A DNA stretch of 63,806 nt, filler included, from Lenisia limosa (taxonomy: Eukaryota > Protista > Breviatea): assembly GCA_001655205.1 (NCBI GenBank). It is 10 parts of 10 records of this genome, joined end to end, with 100 filler letters (N's around TTAATTAATTAA, not from the genome) between each part and the next. Parts side by side here need not be neighbours in the genome. Positions count along the whole stretch, not along the records: positions 1 to 3,777 come from LPNZ01005435.1; positions 3,878 to 15,432 come from LPNZ01002391.1; 8 more parts are not named here. One strand, written 5' to 3'. Shown here piece after piece: positions 1-11,257 of this stretch (its first letter is position 1; every line of letters starts with the position of its first letter). The notes below the pieces were generated by a model. The model worked only from the letters and a program-made list of their open reading frames with translations, did no database searches and was not told where the DNA came from. Made by a program: the position numbers and the translations under genes.

Positions 1-125
1 TCGCAGTCAGCATGGCGGGGTGATTGATGTGCTATAGGTTGGGGAGGGTCAACTTATTGGCTCCCCTAGATTTTATATTGTTTTGAACTCCTAAAACGAG
101 TGTTTATCATATTGGACCCTCTCAG

Positions 126-2482
126 GTTGGGCTTGGAGCACGCCCCACAGCCGATGTAACGGTCTCCGTTTCTTCGAGTGACACCACCGAGGGAATCGTG
201 AGTCCCGCTAAAGTCGTTTTCCCCTCAGATGGCAACTGGCAAGTCACTCAGACCGTAACCGTGCTCGGTTTGTGGGGGGCTTCTCCTTCTCTGACGCTGA
301 ATTTTATTTGGATGAAGTTGACAAATGGAGTATTGCAAGCCTTTGTAAAGGTGCAAATGGACATTCATTTGCGCTCTTTTAAAAATTTCAATTACGGCCG
401 CATGGACTGCCCCCCATTGGTTAAAAATACACTAAAGTAGATAGAAAGTCCATGCGGCCCGGCCGTAATAAGTCTCAGAAGAGTGTAAATGTGTAAACAT
501 GCGGTCATTTGGACTAACACACGATATCATTATTATCCTCCTGTTTTACTATCTCTCAATATTCCGATCCCATGGACTGCCCGATTTAATTTCTAGTTGA
601 GTGTGTTTTTAGCAGGGCAGTCCATGCGGCCGGACTATTGTGAAATTGAAATAGTACAAATGACCAAGCATTTGCACATTTACATGCTCGTGGGATCCTT
701 CAGTTTGAATTATATAGTCCGGCCGCATGGACTGCCCGATTGCTATATTTTTTCGTGGTGAAAATTATTAACTAAATTTGACTTAAATTTCACAGGGCAG
801 TCCAGTCCATGCCGTCGTAATATTACAAAATAGTATAACCGGAGGATTCTAACTTTGTGGAAATATGTAAATATGCACTTTTTAACCGGTGTCACCCACC
901 ACACAAGTGTGAACAAAAAAAATCTTCAACATTTGTTTGGACTATCCAAAATATTTTGGAAACTTGAATCGGGCAGTCCATGCGGCCGTAGTTTAAAATT
1001 TTCAAAAGTGTGTCAATAATGATACATTTGCACATTTACAGAGACATGAGAGCCTCCATTTTGCTATTTCTTGAAAATACGGCCGCATGGACTTTCTATC
1101 TACTTTAGTGTATTTTTAACCAATGGGGGGCAGTCCATGCNNNNNNNNNNNNNNNNNNNNNNNNNNNNNNNNNNNNNNNNNNNNNNNNNNNNNNNNNNNN
1201 NNNNNNNNNNNNNNNNCTTGCATTGAAGAGTTGTTTCTCAATTAAAGGAAACAAAGCGTCCGACACTTTTCCTGTTAACTGACTTGGTAGGAGTTGAAGA
1301 CAAGGACACAGACGGAGATGTAGCTTTCAAGGTCGTATTCGGTTCCGCTTCTTCTTCAGACCCTGCATACAACTCTGTGGGGGGGAACTTTATGTGTATT
1401 TAAACAAGGTTGTATTTGCTATAGATATACTGCTTTCGTGTATCGGTCAAATGTTGATCCAATAGAGTTGATGAAAGGCTTTTGTACATTTTCCATTCTT
1501 ACTCCCTCCTCCCTTTTCCACGCTATCGTAATTTCCCATCTCTACATACTTCTGTTTTGGGCATCTTTTTTCTTCTTCTTCTTTCAATTATCCAATTTCA
1601 CTCTCCCCCCCCCCCCAGGTAGCCCCAGCATCCGTGGCGATCACCTGCGAAGACATCAAATGGCCACAGACCAGNNNNNNNNNNNNNNNNNNNNNNNNNN
1701 NNNNNNNNNNNNNNNNNNNNNNNNNNNNNNNNNNNNNNNNNNNNNNNNNNNNNNNNNNNNNNNNNNNNNNNNNNNNNNNNNNNNNGTGGTAATTTCTTAC
1801 ATGGGGAGACGGTAATTGCCTAGATGTTGAAATAGGCGGCTATTTTTTTACCGTGAACTGATGTTAAATTTACCAGGTTTCTTTTCTCAATATTACCGCA
1901 AAACATAAACAGTATTTCACAATATGCCAAATCGAACAGGTTAAGTAGGAGGAGCTTCATTGAGAAAGGCAGGAAGAAAACAACTCGCTCCACAAAAGAC
2001 CTCTTCGTATATGAGCACTGGGGATCAATATAAAACATTATAAATAATCACAAAAGGACATGATCTTCAGAGTTGGACGCAAACTAGATATTCAAAAGAT
2101 GACACTCGGAACTTCTCATCCCTCAACCCTCGAATATTCTTATAATTAGAGTAGCTACAAAACTGTGTACTTTTTTTGCGAATTGGAGTTTTGGCTGAAT
2201 GGGGCAGTGTCACCTCGGATCCCGATCTAGTGAACAATTTACCTCCANNNNNNNNNNNNNNNNNNNNNNNNNNNNNNNNNNNNNNNNNNNNNNNNNNNNN
2301 NNNNNNNNNNNNNNNNNNNNNNNNNNNNNNNNNNNNNNNNNNNNNNNNNNNNNNNNNNNNNNNNNNNNNNNNNNNNNNNNNNNNNNNNATTGTTGACCCC
2401 CACAGTCTGGAGGAACAGTGCTGGTAACCGGAAGTGATATGAGCGGACTCAAGGTCACAGTCTGGGTTAATGACACTCAGGT
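126..2482 (+). CDS. Partial multi-exon surface protein with a bacterial-type Calx-beta/cadherin-like repeat followed by an IPT/TIG-like segment
   Basis: Exons at 126-268, ~1311-1376, from 1619 and ~2408-2482 splice to VGLGARPTADVTVSVSSSDTTEGIVSPAKVVFPSDGNWQVTQTVTVLG/VEDKDTDGDVAFKVVFGSASSSDPAYNS/VAPASVAITCED ... SGGTVLVTGSDMSGLKVTVWVNDTQ. This resembles the PTADVTV..SSDTTEG.V.P..L.F...NW...QTVTV.GVDD...DGD repeat of bacterial adhesin-like proteins. Confidence 0.7.
393..1140. mobile_element. Foldback/MITE-like element in an intron, with long terminal inverted repeats and internal CGGCCGCATGGACTGCCC subrepeats
   Basis: Positions ~401-460 are the exact reverse complement of 1081-1140. The motif recurs about nine times in both orientations. 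The left end is TA-flanked; the right end runs into Ns. Confidence 0.8.
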
Positions 2483-2789
2483 TGGAGGCTTGTTGCTGGG
2501 GGTTTGTATTCTAATATTACAGTCTATGATATATATATAGACAAAACATGAATCACGGGACAAAACTGTGAATCACTTGTTTTTGAAAAACTATTATGCT
2601 TGTTCTTGTTCAATTTCTGGTTTTAACATTCTTTTTTTTTTGACAAAGCGTTCATTTTCACCAATTTTCAATTCAAAATAAGTTCTCTCCCAGTCAGCAC
2701 CACTTATTATTTGTGAATTTGAAAATGAATTGGATCCTAATTCAAAGATACATGAAAAGACAAAAGAAAATTACACAGAACAAAACACA

Positions 2790-3777
2790 TCACTTCCTCA
2801 GCGCTCGAGTACGAACTGGGGTCTTGCGCTTGGCTGGAGCTTTGGCACGGGTAACCTTTATTAGAGTCACAAACGTTCCCGGTAAAACAGAGCCATACTT
2901 GTCACTTAAATACACCAACTTGGGCTTGTTCGTTACGGACTTTCTGGTAGTGCGCTGACGGACAGGCTTCTGAACACACTTAGAGATTCAACACAAAGTT
3001 TCTAAAACCAATACTCCCCATACTCACGTTGGCTTCGTCCGTGGCGAGGACTGGGTTTCGAACTTGATGACCCTGAAAGCATGAGAACATATGATGTTTA
3101 CCAATTTAGTAAACAGGAAGAAAAATCTAGATAACAACGAAATGTCACCTCATCATACCAATTCGGCAGCAGCGGCATTCTTTTTGGCTCGTTCAGCCTT
3201 GCGAAGAGACTAGAATATGAGGAAAATATCACAGAGGATCATAAAAAATAACTCCAACCCAAGTCCAACTAACCTCGAGGGGTACGCACTTTCACGTCAG
3301 CCATGAGGTTCTTGATCGAGTTAGCCTCGATATTGGCAGNNNNNNNNNNNNNNNNNNNNNNNNNNNNNNNNNNNNNNNNNNNNNNNNNNNNAAGGAGGGC
3401 TGAGTATAGGGGGGTACTGGAGAGGGATGGTGAAAGCGACAGAGGGGTCAGGGAGGTGCTTGACAACCTGCCATGGGGAGATGGTGATGCCATTGGTAGA
3501 CTTGAGGCCTGCCCTGGAAAGCGGCAAAGGTGAGGCAGGGGTCTGAGGCAATGTTGAAGGCGCTGAATTGCTGTGAGAAAAGGCAACACAATATGAAAGA
3601 CAAAATTGATTTTTGAACCATTTGTTTGAATCAAAAAAAAAAGTGTTATGCTATTGAATACAAAATAAACTCATACCGGAAAGCAGCTTGCAGGACACGA
3701 CAACGAATATCCATAGAGTTGGAGCAGCCAGGGGGGATGAGAGGAGCCTTGCCAAGGATGGACGTGAGGGAAGAGTG
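2790..3777 (-). CDS. 3' part of a hypothetical basic, Lys/Arg/Pro-rich protein (multi-exon)
   Basis: Spliceable minus-strand exons: HSSLTSILGKAPLIPPGCSNSMDIRCRVLQAAF, NIEANSIKNLMADVKVRTPR, SLRKAERAKKNAAAEL, VTRAKAPAKRKTPVRTRALRK*. No family recognised. Confidence 0.55.
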
Positions 3778-3877
3778 NNNNNNNNNNNNNNNNNNNNNNN
3801 NNNNNNNNNNNNNNNNNNNNNTTAATTAATTAANNNNNNNNNNNNNNNNNNNNNNNNNNNNNNNNNNNNNNNNNNNN
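3778..3877. other. Artificial 100-bp assembly spacer (six-frame stop linker)
   Basis: 44 N + TTAATTAATTAA + 44 N. The same structure occurs at 15433-15532, 19183-19282, 22670-22769, 47008-47107, 53030-53129, 55596-55695, 59794-59893 and 62619-62718. Confidence 0.97.
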
Positions 3878-6260
3878 GACGTCAACAAATGAGGTGGCCT
3901 TCTCCTCAGTGATATCGAACTCTGGAGCTTCTTTGGCTATTTCCAGGAGCATGAAGACCGCCATGGATTGCTAAACAATCAACTACTATCCAAAACGCGA
4001 GAAGTGATTGGAGGGTTTTCAGGGTCGAAAGCCCCAGAAAAAAGAGATACTATCGATTGTCTTTTTCCACAAACCAGTTCGTTGTCAGAGAAGTTGTGCA
4101 TGTCGAAATTGACGGACAGCAGCGACGCCTTCAGCTCGTCTGTCAACTGCAGCTCCTCGGTCTCAACACGTGGTGGGGACTGGGGAATAAGTTCAACCAT
4201 GTGTTGCATTAGTTACATTAGGGCGCTATCATAATTAAAGTATCAAATATCATAAGATAGGTTGTGTAATATATGGCTACGAAGAAGTGAATAGGTGCAT
4301 CTGGCCATATTAGTAGTTTCAGAATCCCTTTATCGCAAAACCCCGATATTTATCGTGAAATCCTGTCTGTTATGGAACCCAACGGACGGCCTAATTATCA
4401 CTCTTACCTGAAGGTTGAAGCTGTCAACAGATTCTTCCGAGATTCGGGTGAGAAGATGGCCGATTTCTCCATCTAAAATATCACTTGGCAAAGTTGTTGG
4501 CGTGGCTATCCCACTGATTGTGTAGAAAGCAAATAATACATTGTGTTATATCCTTATTACTCCAATGCCTTTTGATGAGGATCGGGTAAAATATCGATTT
4601 AGCTAGATGAAATTCAGTCTTTTTTCGGACCGAAGTGAAGCCATAACGATAGATCGCAACTCACCAAGAGTTTTGGATTGCCTTCGGGAAGCCACGGGTG
4701 AGGTAGGCTGAAATAATGAGTCATACCATTGAAGTGAAGCCTGACTGTTTTAGATCTGGGTACAACTTCTATAATATGGAAACTAAACCAGAGAGAGGAA
4801 TTTAGCAGATGCCAAGTTCGAGAGCCTTTGTGTCCTTATTGCCTTTCAAATAATTACATTTAATGAATGCATGTTCCTGCTTGAAACATCACCCTTTGAC
4901 GACTGCCTAGCTATATTTTTAAAATTATAATAGGGCCATGCTGTTTTCTGTATTATTGGGGTTGAAACGCACCCCTCCCCCCATAACCCAACAAGGTCCC
5001 CCTCTCCCCACAGTTGAGGGAATGGATGCGGCAGGCGCTTCAGTGAAGAGGAAGGCCCAAACTTTACTTTCACGCTTCTACTCGGTGAATGCGTGGAGTA
5101 ACAGAAATAAATTAGTCGAAAATATCAAAAACAGCCCCTCTCCCCCATGAGTTGTTTCAAACCTGAATGATAGTGGAAAGAGAGTGGATTTGTCTCTTGA
5201 GTTCTCCAAGGTTCTGTTGTCCTGTGTCATGTTAGCAGATATATGCAGATTTGGGGAGTGCATATAATAAACATGCATATCGATATATGATTAATATATC
5301 ATATAATATATGTTTATGCTATACTACTATACATCGTATATAAACTTTGTAGATATGGATAACAATAGAGTATCATGACGAAGCATTCATCATCATCATC
5401 ATCACCATCACCATCACCACCACCATCACCACCACCATCATCATCACCCCCTATCATCACCATATCATGCATCACCACCACGCACCGATCATGAGCTGAT
5501 GCAATGCGTCCTCCACACTGCTTTGAAGGGACTTGTGCTCCAACGATGCCTCCTGGTACTTTGTACTGAGACGTGTCTGGGTGTCAGGGTGCTTATGGAT
5601 AGTGTCCGTGGTTCATGTAAGTATGTAAGTCTTGAGGGATTTAGTATATCATATGACAATGATAAATAAAACACAAGATTGTATCTTGAGCGTTATAATC
5701 ACATTTACTTCAAACAAGACTTATCATGCGTGTAAGTAGAAGTGAGGAAATAAAAAAATCTATAACAGGATGAATCCGTCCACTCCATCCCATTAAGGCA
5801 TATTGATGATTAACCGCTATCAAAAAAAACTTCGTGCACACAGGTTTCTGCGTGCTCCTCGGATAAGACCCTCTGAGCTGCCGAAGTATTGGGACTTTTG
5901 TTGGTACAGCGGCCTTTATTTACTCCTATTGCTTGCACAGATCTACCCCCTCCCGACAAATCTGACTCACCCTCGGACTAACCATTGTGTCATCATGAAT
6001 GTTGCATGCCATGACCTTCTCTTCCTCCAAGTCGCGCAGGTCTTGGTTAAGGATACTCATTTGGGTGAAGCCAACATCCTTTGCTGTTTCAAGCTTGTGT
6101 TGGAGGTCCTTGATGAGCATATGGAGCTTGGCAGTGTCAGCAGGGAGAACGTCATCATCTAAGAAATCAGAAAAAGGCAAGAGTGCATACCTTTCGTGAA
6201 GCTCGCTCTGAGTTCCGGAATGTTCATCATCGTCGTAAATATTCCTCACTTTTTTTACGA
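3878..6260 (-). CDS. Hypothetical protein with coiled-coil-like segments (multi-exon, 3' truncated)
   Basis: Exons include DDVLPADTAKLHMLIKDLQHKLETAKDVGFTQMSILNQDLRDLEEEK, TKYQEASLEHKSLQSSVEDALHQLMI, DTGQQNLGELKRQIHSLSTIIQ, DGEIGHLLTRISEESVDSFNLQ and VELIPQSPPRVETEELQLTDELKASLL, bounded by GT-AG. Confidence 0.6.
5385..5490. repeat. (CAT/CAC)n microsatellite in an intron
   Basis: catcatcatcatcaccatcaccatcaccaccacc... Confidence 0.9.
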
Positions 6261-6524
6261 TTAGATTGCTTTTGTGACAGAGATAGACAGATGGGTGTGG
6301 CCGGTCAACGGAAGACTGCCGATGAATGCCAGTGGTCCGATATGGAAAGGACCAAATGTCAATCAGTGAGAAGATAATATGTCAATAATGAGGTCACACA
6401 CAGTCGCACAGTCAATATCGAATTTGAAAAATTCTGTTTATATAGGGCGTACAGGTGGTATTTATACAGCCTCTCTTTTTCAATTTTTTTTCTTCCAAGA
6501 AGCCCCTTTTTGCAGCTTTTGAAG

Positions 6525-8931
6525 ATGCTTGTGCTTTTAGATTCATCAGCGGGTTACTCCCTTTTCAAAATTTCAGATGACAGCAAATTAAAGACTGTTG
6601 AAGACATCAACAAAGCTTTTGAGACTGCTGAGTCTGCTCAGAAATTGTTTGTGGGTCTTTGGAATACTTTTGTATTTTGGGTCTTTTTTTTTGATTATGT
6701 GAAAATTGCTGTTTGACGGTTCGTCCTGACTGCACTAGCGCTAAGCTTAAGAACTTCACCAAGTTTGAGAGCACCACTGAGGCCCTTGAGTCTGCCACAG
6801 GTTTGTTTCCTCTCAGTTCTTGCTTTCTGACAGGTGTGTAGCTGTTATTGATGGAGACATCAGCAAGAGCCTTAAGAGCTACCTCAAGGAGCACGTTGGC
6901 AAGGGTTCCTCTGACCTCCTGATGGTTGAAGACAAGGCTTTAGGTAGGGAATGAACACTGCTTTGAGAGTTAATTACCACCTTGCTGGAAGTTAGTCTCA
7001 TTTCTCAGCCGGAACCATCAAGGACAAGCTCAGCATCCAATGCGTTTTCAGCAAGGAGTCCAACGAAGTCTTCCGTGGTATCAAGACTCATCTTGACAGC
7101 TTGGTATGTATCAGCGACTCTGCTTTGAACGGTTTCTGACTTCCCTCACAGGTTAGCGGTCTCAAGCAGGAGGAGAGCCATGTTCTCTCTCTTGGTCTTG
7201 CCCATTCCCTTGCTCGCTACAAGCTCAAGTTCTCCCCCGACAAGGTTGATACCATGATTGTTCAGGCTATTAGTTGGAGGGATGAACGTTACTCTTTTGA
7301 TCTTTTATGCGAGTGATCACCTGTAACATTCTAGACCTCCTCGACGATCTTGACAAGGAGCTGAACTTCTACGCTATGCGTGTCCGTGAGTGGTACGGCA
7401 CCCATTTCCCCGAGTTGAGCAAGTGCGTCAACGACAACCTTCTCTTTGCCAGGACTGTTAAGGTTCTTGGTATGCGGATAGCCACCTTGACAATCCCTTG
7501 TAAACAGCTTGATTGATTTATTGGTTTCCTGAACAATTTGCTCATTATCGTACAGGTCTCCGCACCAACATCGAGACCGCTGAGCTTAAGACTGTTCTCC
7601 CTGAAGAACTCGAGGATGAAGTCCGCAGCCTTGCCAAGACTTCCATGGGTTCCGAGGTGGGTTAACTTGGCGTGTCAGCTAATTGATTGGGCTCCACTAA
7701 CTAAGTAGCTCTGTGAGACCGACCTTACCTCCATCCTCTACCTTTGCGAACAGGTCATTGCTCTTAATGAGTACCGTGCCTCTCTCTGCGACTACCTTAA
7801 GAACAGGTCTGTTGAAGGAAACTGTCTCATTTTGATTCCGGCGGACGGATTGTCTTCTAACTCTGTAGAATGACTGCTATTGCCCCCAATCTTACCATCC
7901 TCGTTGGTGAGCTCCTTGGTGCCCGTCTGATTGCCCACGTCGGCTCTCTCATCAACCTTGCCAAGGTCCCTGCCTCCACTATTCAGATCCTCGGTGCTGA
8001 GAAGGCTCTTTTCCGGTTTGAGGGCCTTTCTTGCGGCTATTCTCTTTTCTTCAGATAACTTCATGTTTTATATTTCTCATCAAAATGATGACTGGACATT
8101 CGTGACGCTGTAGTGCCCTCAAGACCAAGAAGCAGACCCCCAAGTACGGTCTCATCTACCACGCTTCTCTCGTCGGCCAGTCTGCCCCCAAGAACAAGGG
8201 CAAGGTTTCGCGCATCCTTGCTTCCAAGGCTGCCCTCTCCGTCAGGTATGATAGCGGGGGGTTTTTTTTTATGAGTTATCCACTCCATAATCCACTTCGA
8301 AGATTCCCGCGGATAGTGTTCCATACTACTTTCTGTCTTCTTCGCAAATCTCACTTCCTTCAGAGTTGATGCTCTCGGAGAAGAAGACACCGCCCGTGTC
8401 GGTTTCGAGTACCGTGAAATGGTCGAGAACCGTCAACGCGAACTTGAAGGTGGGTCAAGCTTCTTTTCTCATTCCTCTTCTCCGTGTGCACCTTTTTGAC
8501 CCTCCAGGCAAGCAAGCTGTTGGTGCTTCAGGCAAGGCCAAGGCCCGTGATAACCCTCAGACTAAGAAGGCTGAGGAGGTATGGTTCATCTTGTATTCGT
8601 TGATTGCTTTGATGATGGGCCAGGAGTAATAGTGGGCTTCTTCTAACTACTCAAGGTCATTGAGGTTCCTTCCATCACCAAGGGACTTGAGGATAAGGCT
8701 GAGGAGAAGAAGGAGAAGAAGGAAAAGAAGCTGAAGCGCGCTGCTGAAGATGACGAGGAGGCCAAGCCCGCCAAGAAGGAAAAGAAGGAAAAGAAACTGA
8801 AGCGTGCTGCTGAAGATGACGAGGAGGCCAAGCCCGCCAAGAAGGAGAAGAAGGAAAAGAAAGAAAAGAAGGAGAAGAAGGACAAAAAAGAGAAGAAGGA
8901 AAAGAAGGACAAGAAGAAGAAGTCTGAATAA
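6525..8931 (+). CDS. NOP58: Nucleolar protein 58, box C/D snoRNP subunit
   Basis: N-terminus [16 protein letters not shown]; [27 protein letters not shown]; [20 protein letters not shown]; [23 protein letters not shown]; [12 protein letters not shown]; KKE-repeat tail ending in TAA. The [10 protein letters not shown] motif distinguishes it from NOP56. Confidence 0.95.
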
Positions 8932-9164
8932 TTTATTTGTTTCCCCCCTCACTATTTCAATATCACTCTGAATCACATTGGCATCAAGGTTTCACGTATC
9001 TTTATCATCTTTAATACCCCAGACATTCAGTTGATCAGTGAAACACTCGATTGTGCAAAAATATAAAAATAGAATCTATAAAAATACAATAAAGAAACAT
9101 GAAATCAGGAACCACACAAAAACTTAGATAAAATAGGGGGGAGTGAAGTTAATTAACCACATGT

Positions 9165-10759
9165 CTAGAGCATGTCGGTTGACATCTGTGAGACTTGGTA
9201 GAACTTCTCAGACTGGTACTTTTTACGTACTGCGGAGTCATGGGTGCGGTTGGTGGTCCGCAAGAACTCAGTCTGAATGGTTAGTAGGAGTGTANNNNNN
9301 NNNNNNNNNNNNNNNNNNNNNNNNNNNNNNNNNNNNNNNNNNNNNNNNNNNNNNNNNNNNNNNNNNNNNNNNNNNNNNNNNNNNNNNNNNNNNNNNNTGT
9401 ATCGTGAGTAGTATTGCAGTGTGGGGCTCTGGGGGGATGAGAAATGCCATCTTTGTAATGCGCACCACACCCGACAAACCCAGGGTGTTGAGTTCATCAT
9501 TTTGTGGGACATGAACGTAGCGGCGGCGGCAATTTGAGATGGAGCAAAAATAAGCATCTTGTAGTTGACGAGAGCAATTTCACAGAGGTATTTGGCGATG
9601 GTGTGGTGTTGGATGTTGGATCGGGCAGCCTGGTAAGTGAAAAACAGGGCAACTACAATGGCAACATGAAACGGCAAATACCTTTGAGAAACGGCGAAGG
9701 AAGTGGAGAGCAGAGGGGACCATGAGGTCGTAGTTGAGGACTTGGAGCATATGAACCTCCATCTTGGTTACATCTTCCACCTTGTAGGCGTTGTCAGTGA
9801 TGTAAACGTAGTCGCGAACTTCGGGGGTGTAGATCTATAACCGGTCAGTTCAACTCGAAAAAAATCGGGATGCAAGACCTCTTCAAGCTTGGAAGCAATA
9901 AGGAGCGCAGTGACACCAACAAGCTGGACCTGAGAGCGACGAACCGGTTTACGTGCAAGATATCTAAGGGAATTATGAGTTGCCAATTTCAACTTGAAGC
10001 GTACCTATCAAGGATATTGACTGCCGAGAAAATAGTTTCTTGCATGAGCTTGAACTTGAGATGAACCTCAATCAACCTGGACAGAGATGAAAAAGAGAGA
10101 GGGGAGCAAACCAGTCGACAAGGATAAAGCGCATCTCCTCTGTGATATCATTTTGACGAGTCATGTAGGAAGGCTCAGGCATGTAGCGGCTCTAAAGGAG
10201 AGTGAGTGACAATAACTGACAACAAAATCCTTCTTTCCACAAACCTCCGATTCTCTCATGTGTTCATATACTTCATTTACATATTCAGGAACGTTTTGGG
10301 GGTTCTGGGCATCTTCAATGTCGATATTCTCAAATTGAAGTCCGTTCAAGTTATCACTCAGTCTTTCAACGTCTCTAAGGGCGTCCAGTGACCGTGGTGC
10401 AATCAGAGAAGGGGCAGGACGATTTGAAGGTCTAGCCTGAGGTCTTTGGCGGAGACCAACCTGAAAAGGCCGTCATAAATAGCATTGAAGTGCTTCTTAA
10501 GGACGAATATTTCAGAAGAATAGGCCACATTCACATTGAGTTGAAAAAACGTTACAAAGGAAAACCCTCTTACCCTGTTTCTATCCTGAATCGCATTCAG
10601 GTTGGAACCAATATCACCTAAGACGTTACGAGGTCCTGTGTTTGATGCAAATTTGTTGGTATGAGCAGTGAGAGAAGCATTCTCATTCCTTCTGTAGTTC
10701 TAAAAGTGCGTTAATACTATTTACTCCGTCAGAAAACCAACTTTTTGAAGGTAAGACAT
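9165..10759 (-). CDS. Mitotic B-type cyclin
   Basis: N-terminal D-box RNVLGDIGS; PEYVNEVYEHMRESE; MRFILVDW; EVHLKFKLMQETIFSAVNILDRY; QLVGVTALLIASK; YTPEVRDYVYITDNAY; MEVHMLQVLNYDL. Confidence 0.93.
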
Positions 10760-11257
10760 CGTTAGCGATCAAAGAAAAACCAAAAAAAAGCAATTCCCCC
10801 TTGGAAAAGAATGCTAATATATCAGCTAATACACAATCAGGTCTCTGTTATTTGAACTCTATAGACCAAGTTTTCGGAGAAAATTGTTTTTTTGAAAAAG
10901 GGAAACCTGGAGTGGACAAATAAAAGTTCAGTTGCATTTTTTGGAACTGTACCAATTTCGAGTCCTCTGGATAGACGGAATAACGTGTCTTCCTCATGGT
11001 AGGCTTATTTAAAAGATATATTTGGAGTAACTTTTCTAGCCCCAGGAAAGAAGCAGGAGGCTCTCTGTTGGGAGCAATAGGAGCAATGGTTCTCAAGTTA
11101 TCATGATGGGAGACTCTTCTTCGACATTTAGTGCAAGAACCAGACAAAGATTAGAGTTGGCTTGATTTTCCTTTTTTTTCTCACTTCATAGCTCCCTTCC
11201 CCGCTCCTCTGATCCACCAACTTTTATAGCATCGTGAGTTTGTGAAGAAAAAGAATC

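Noticed and set aside
393-1140. CRISPR-like array (recurring 18-bp motif with variable spacers)
   Set aside because: The motifs alternate in orientation with irregular spacing, sit in a eukaryotic intron, and have no cas genes nearby.
2790-3320. Ribosomal protein (L6-like) call for the basic minus-strand gene
   Set aside because: It is only compositionally similar; no conserved ribosomal protein motif survives splicing.
3822-3833. TTAATTAATTAA as a conserved biological motif or element boundary
   Set aside because: It is always centred in exactly 44+44 Ns and encodes stops in all six frames, so it is an assembly linker.
8017-8113. Intronic box C/D snoRNA in NOP58
   Set aside because: A C-box-like ATGATGA is present, but there is no downstream CTGA D box or terminal stem within the intron.
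8643-8976. Hydrophobic Phe/Leu-rich minus-strand ORFs
   Set aside because: They are antisense shadows of the NOP58 KKE tail.
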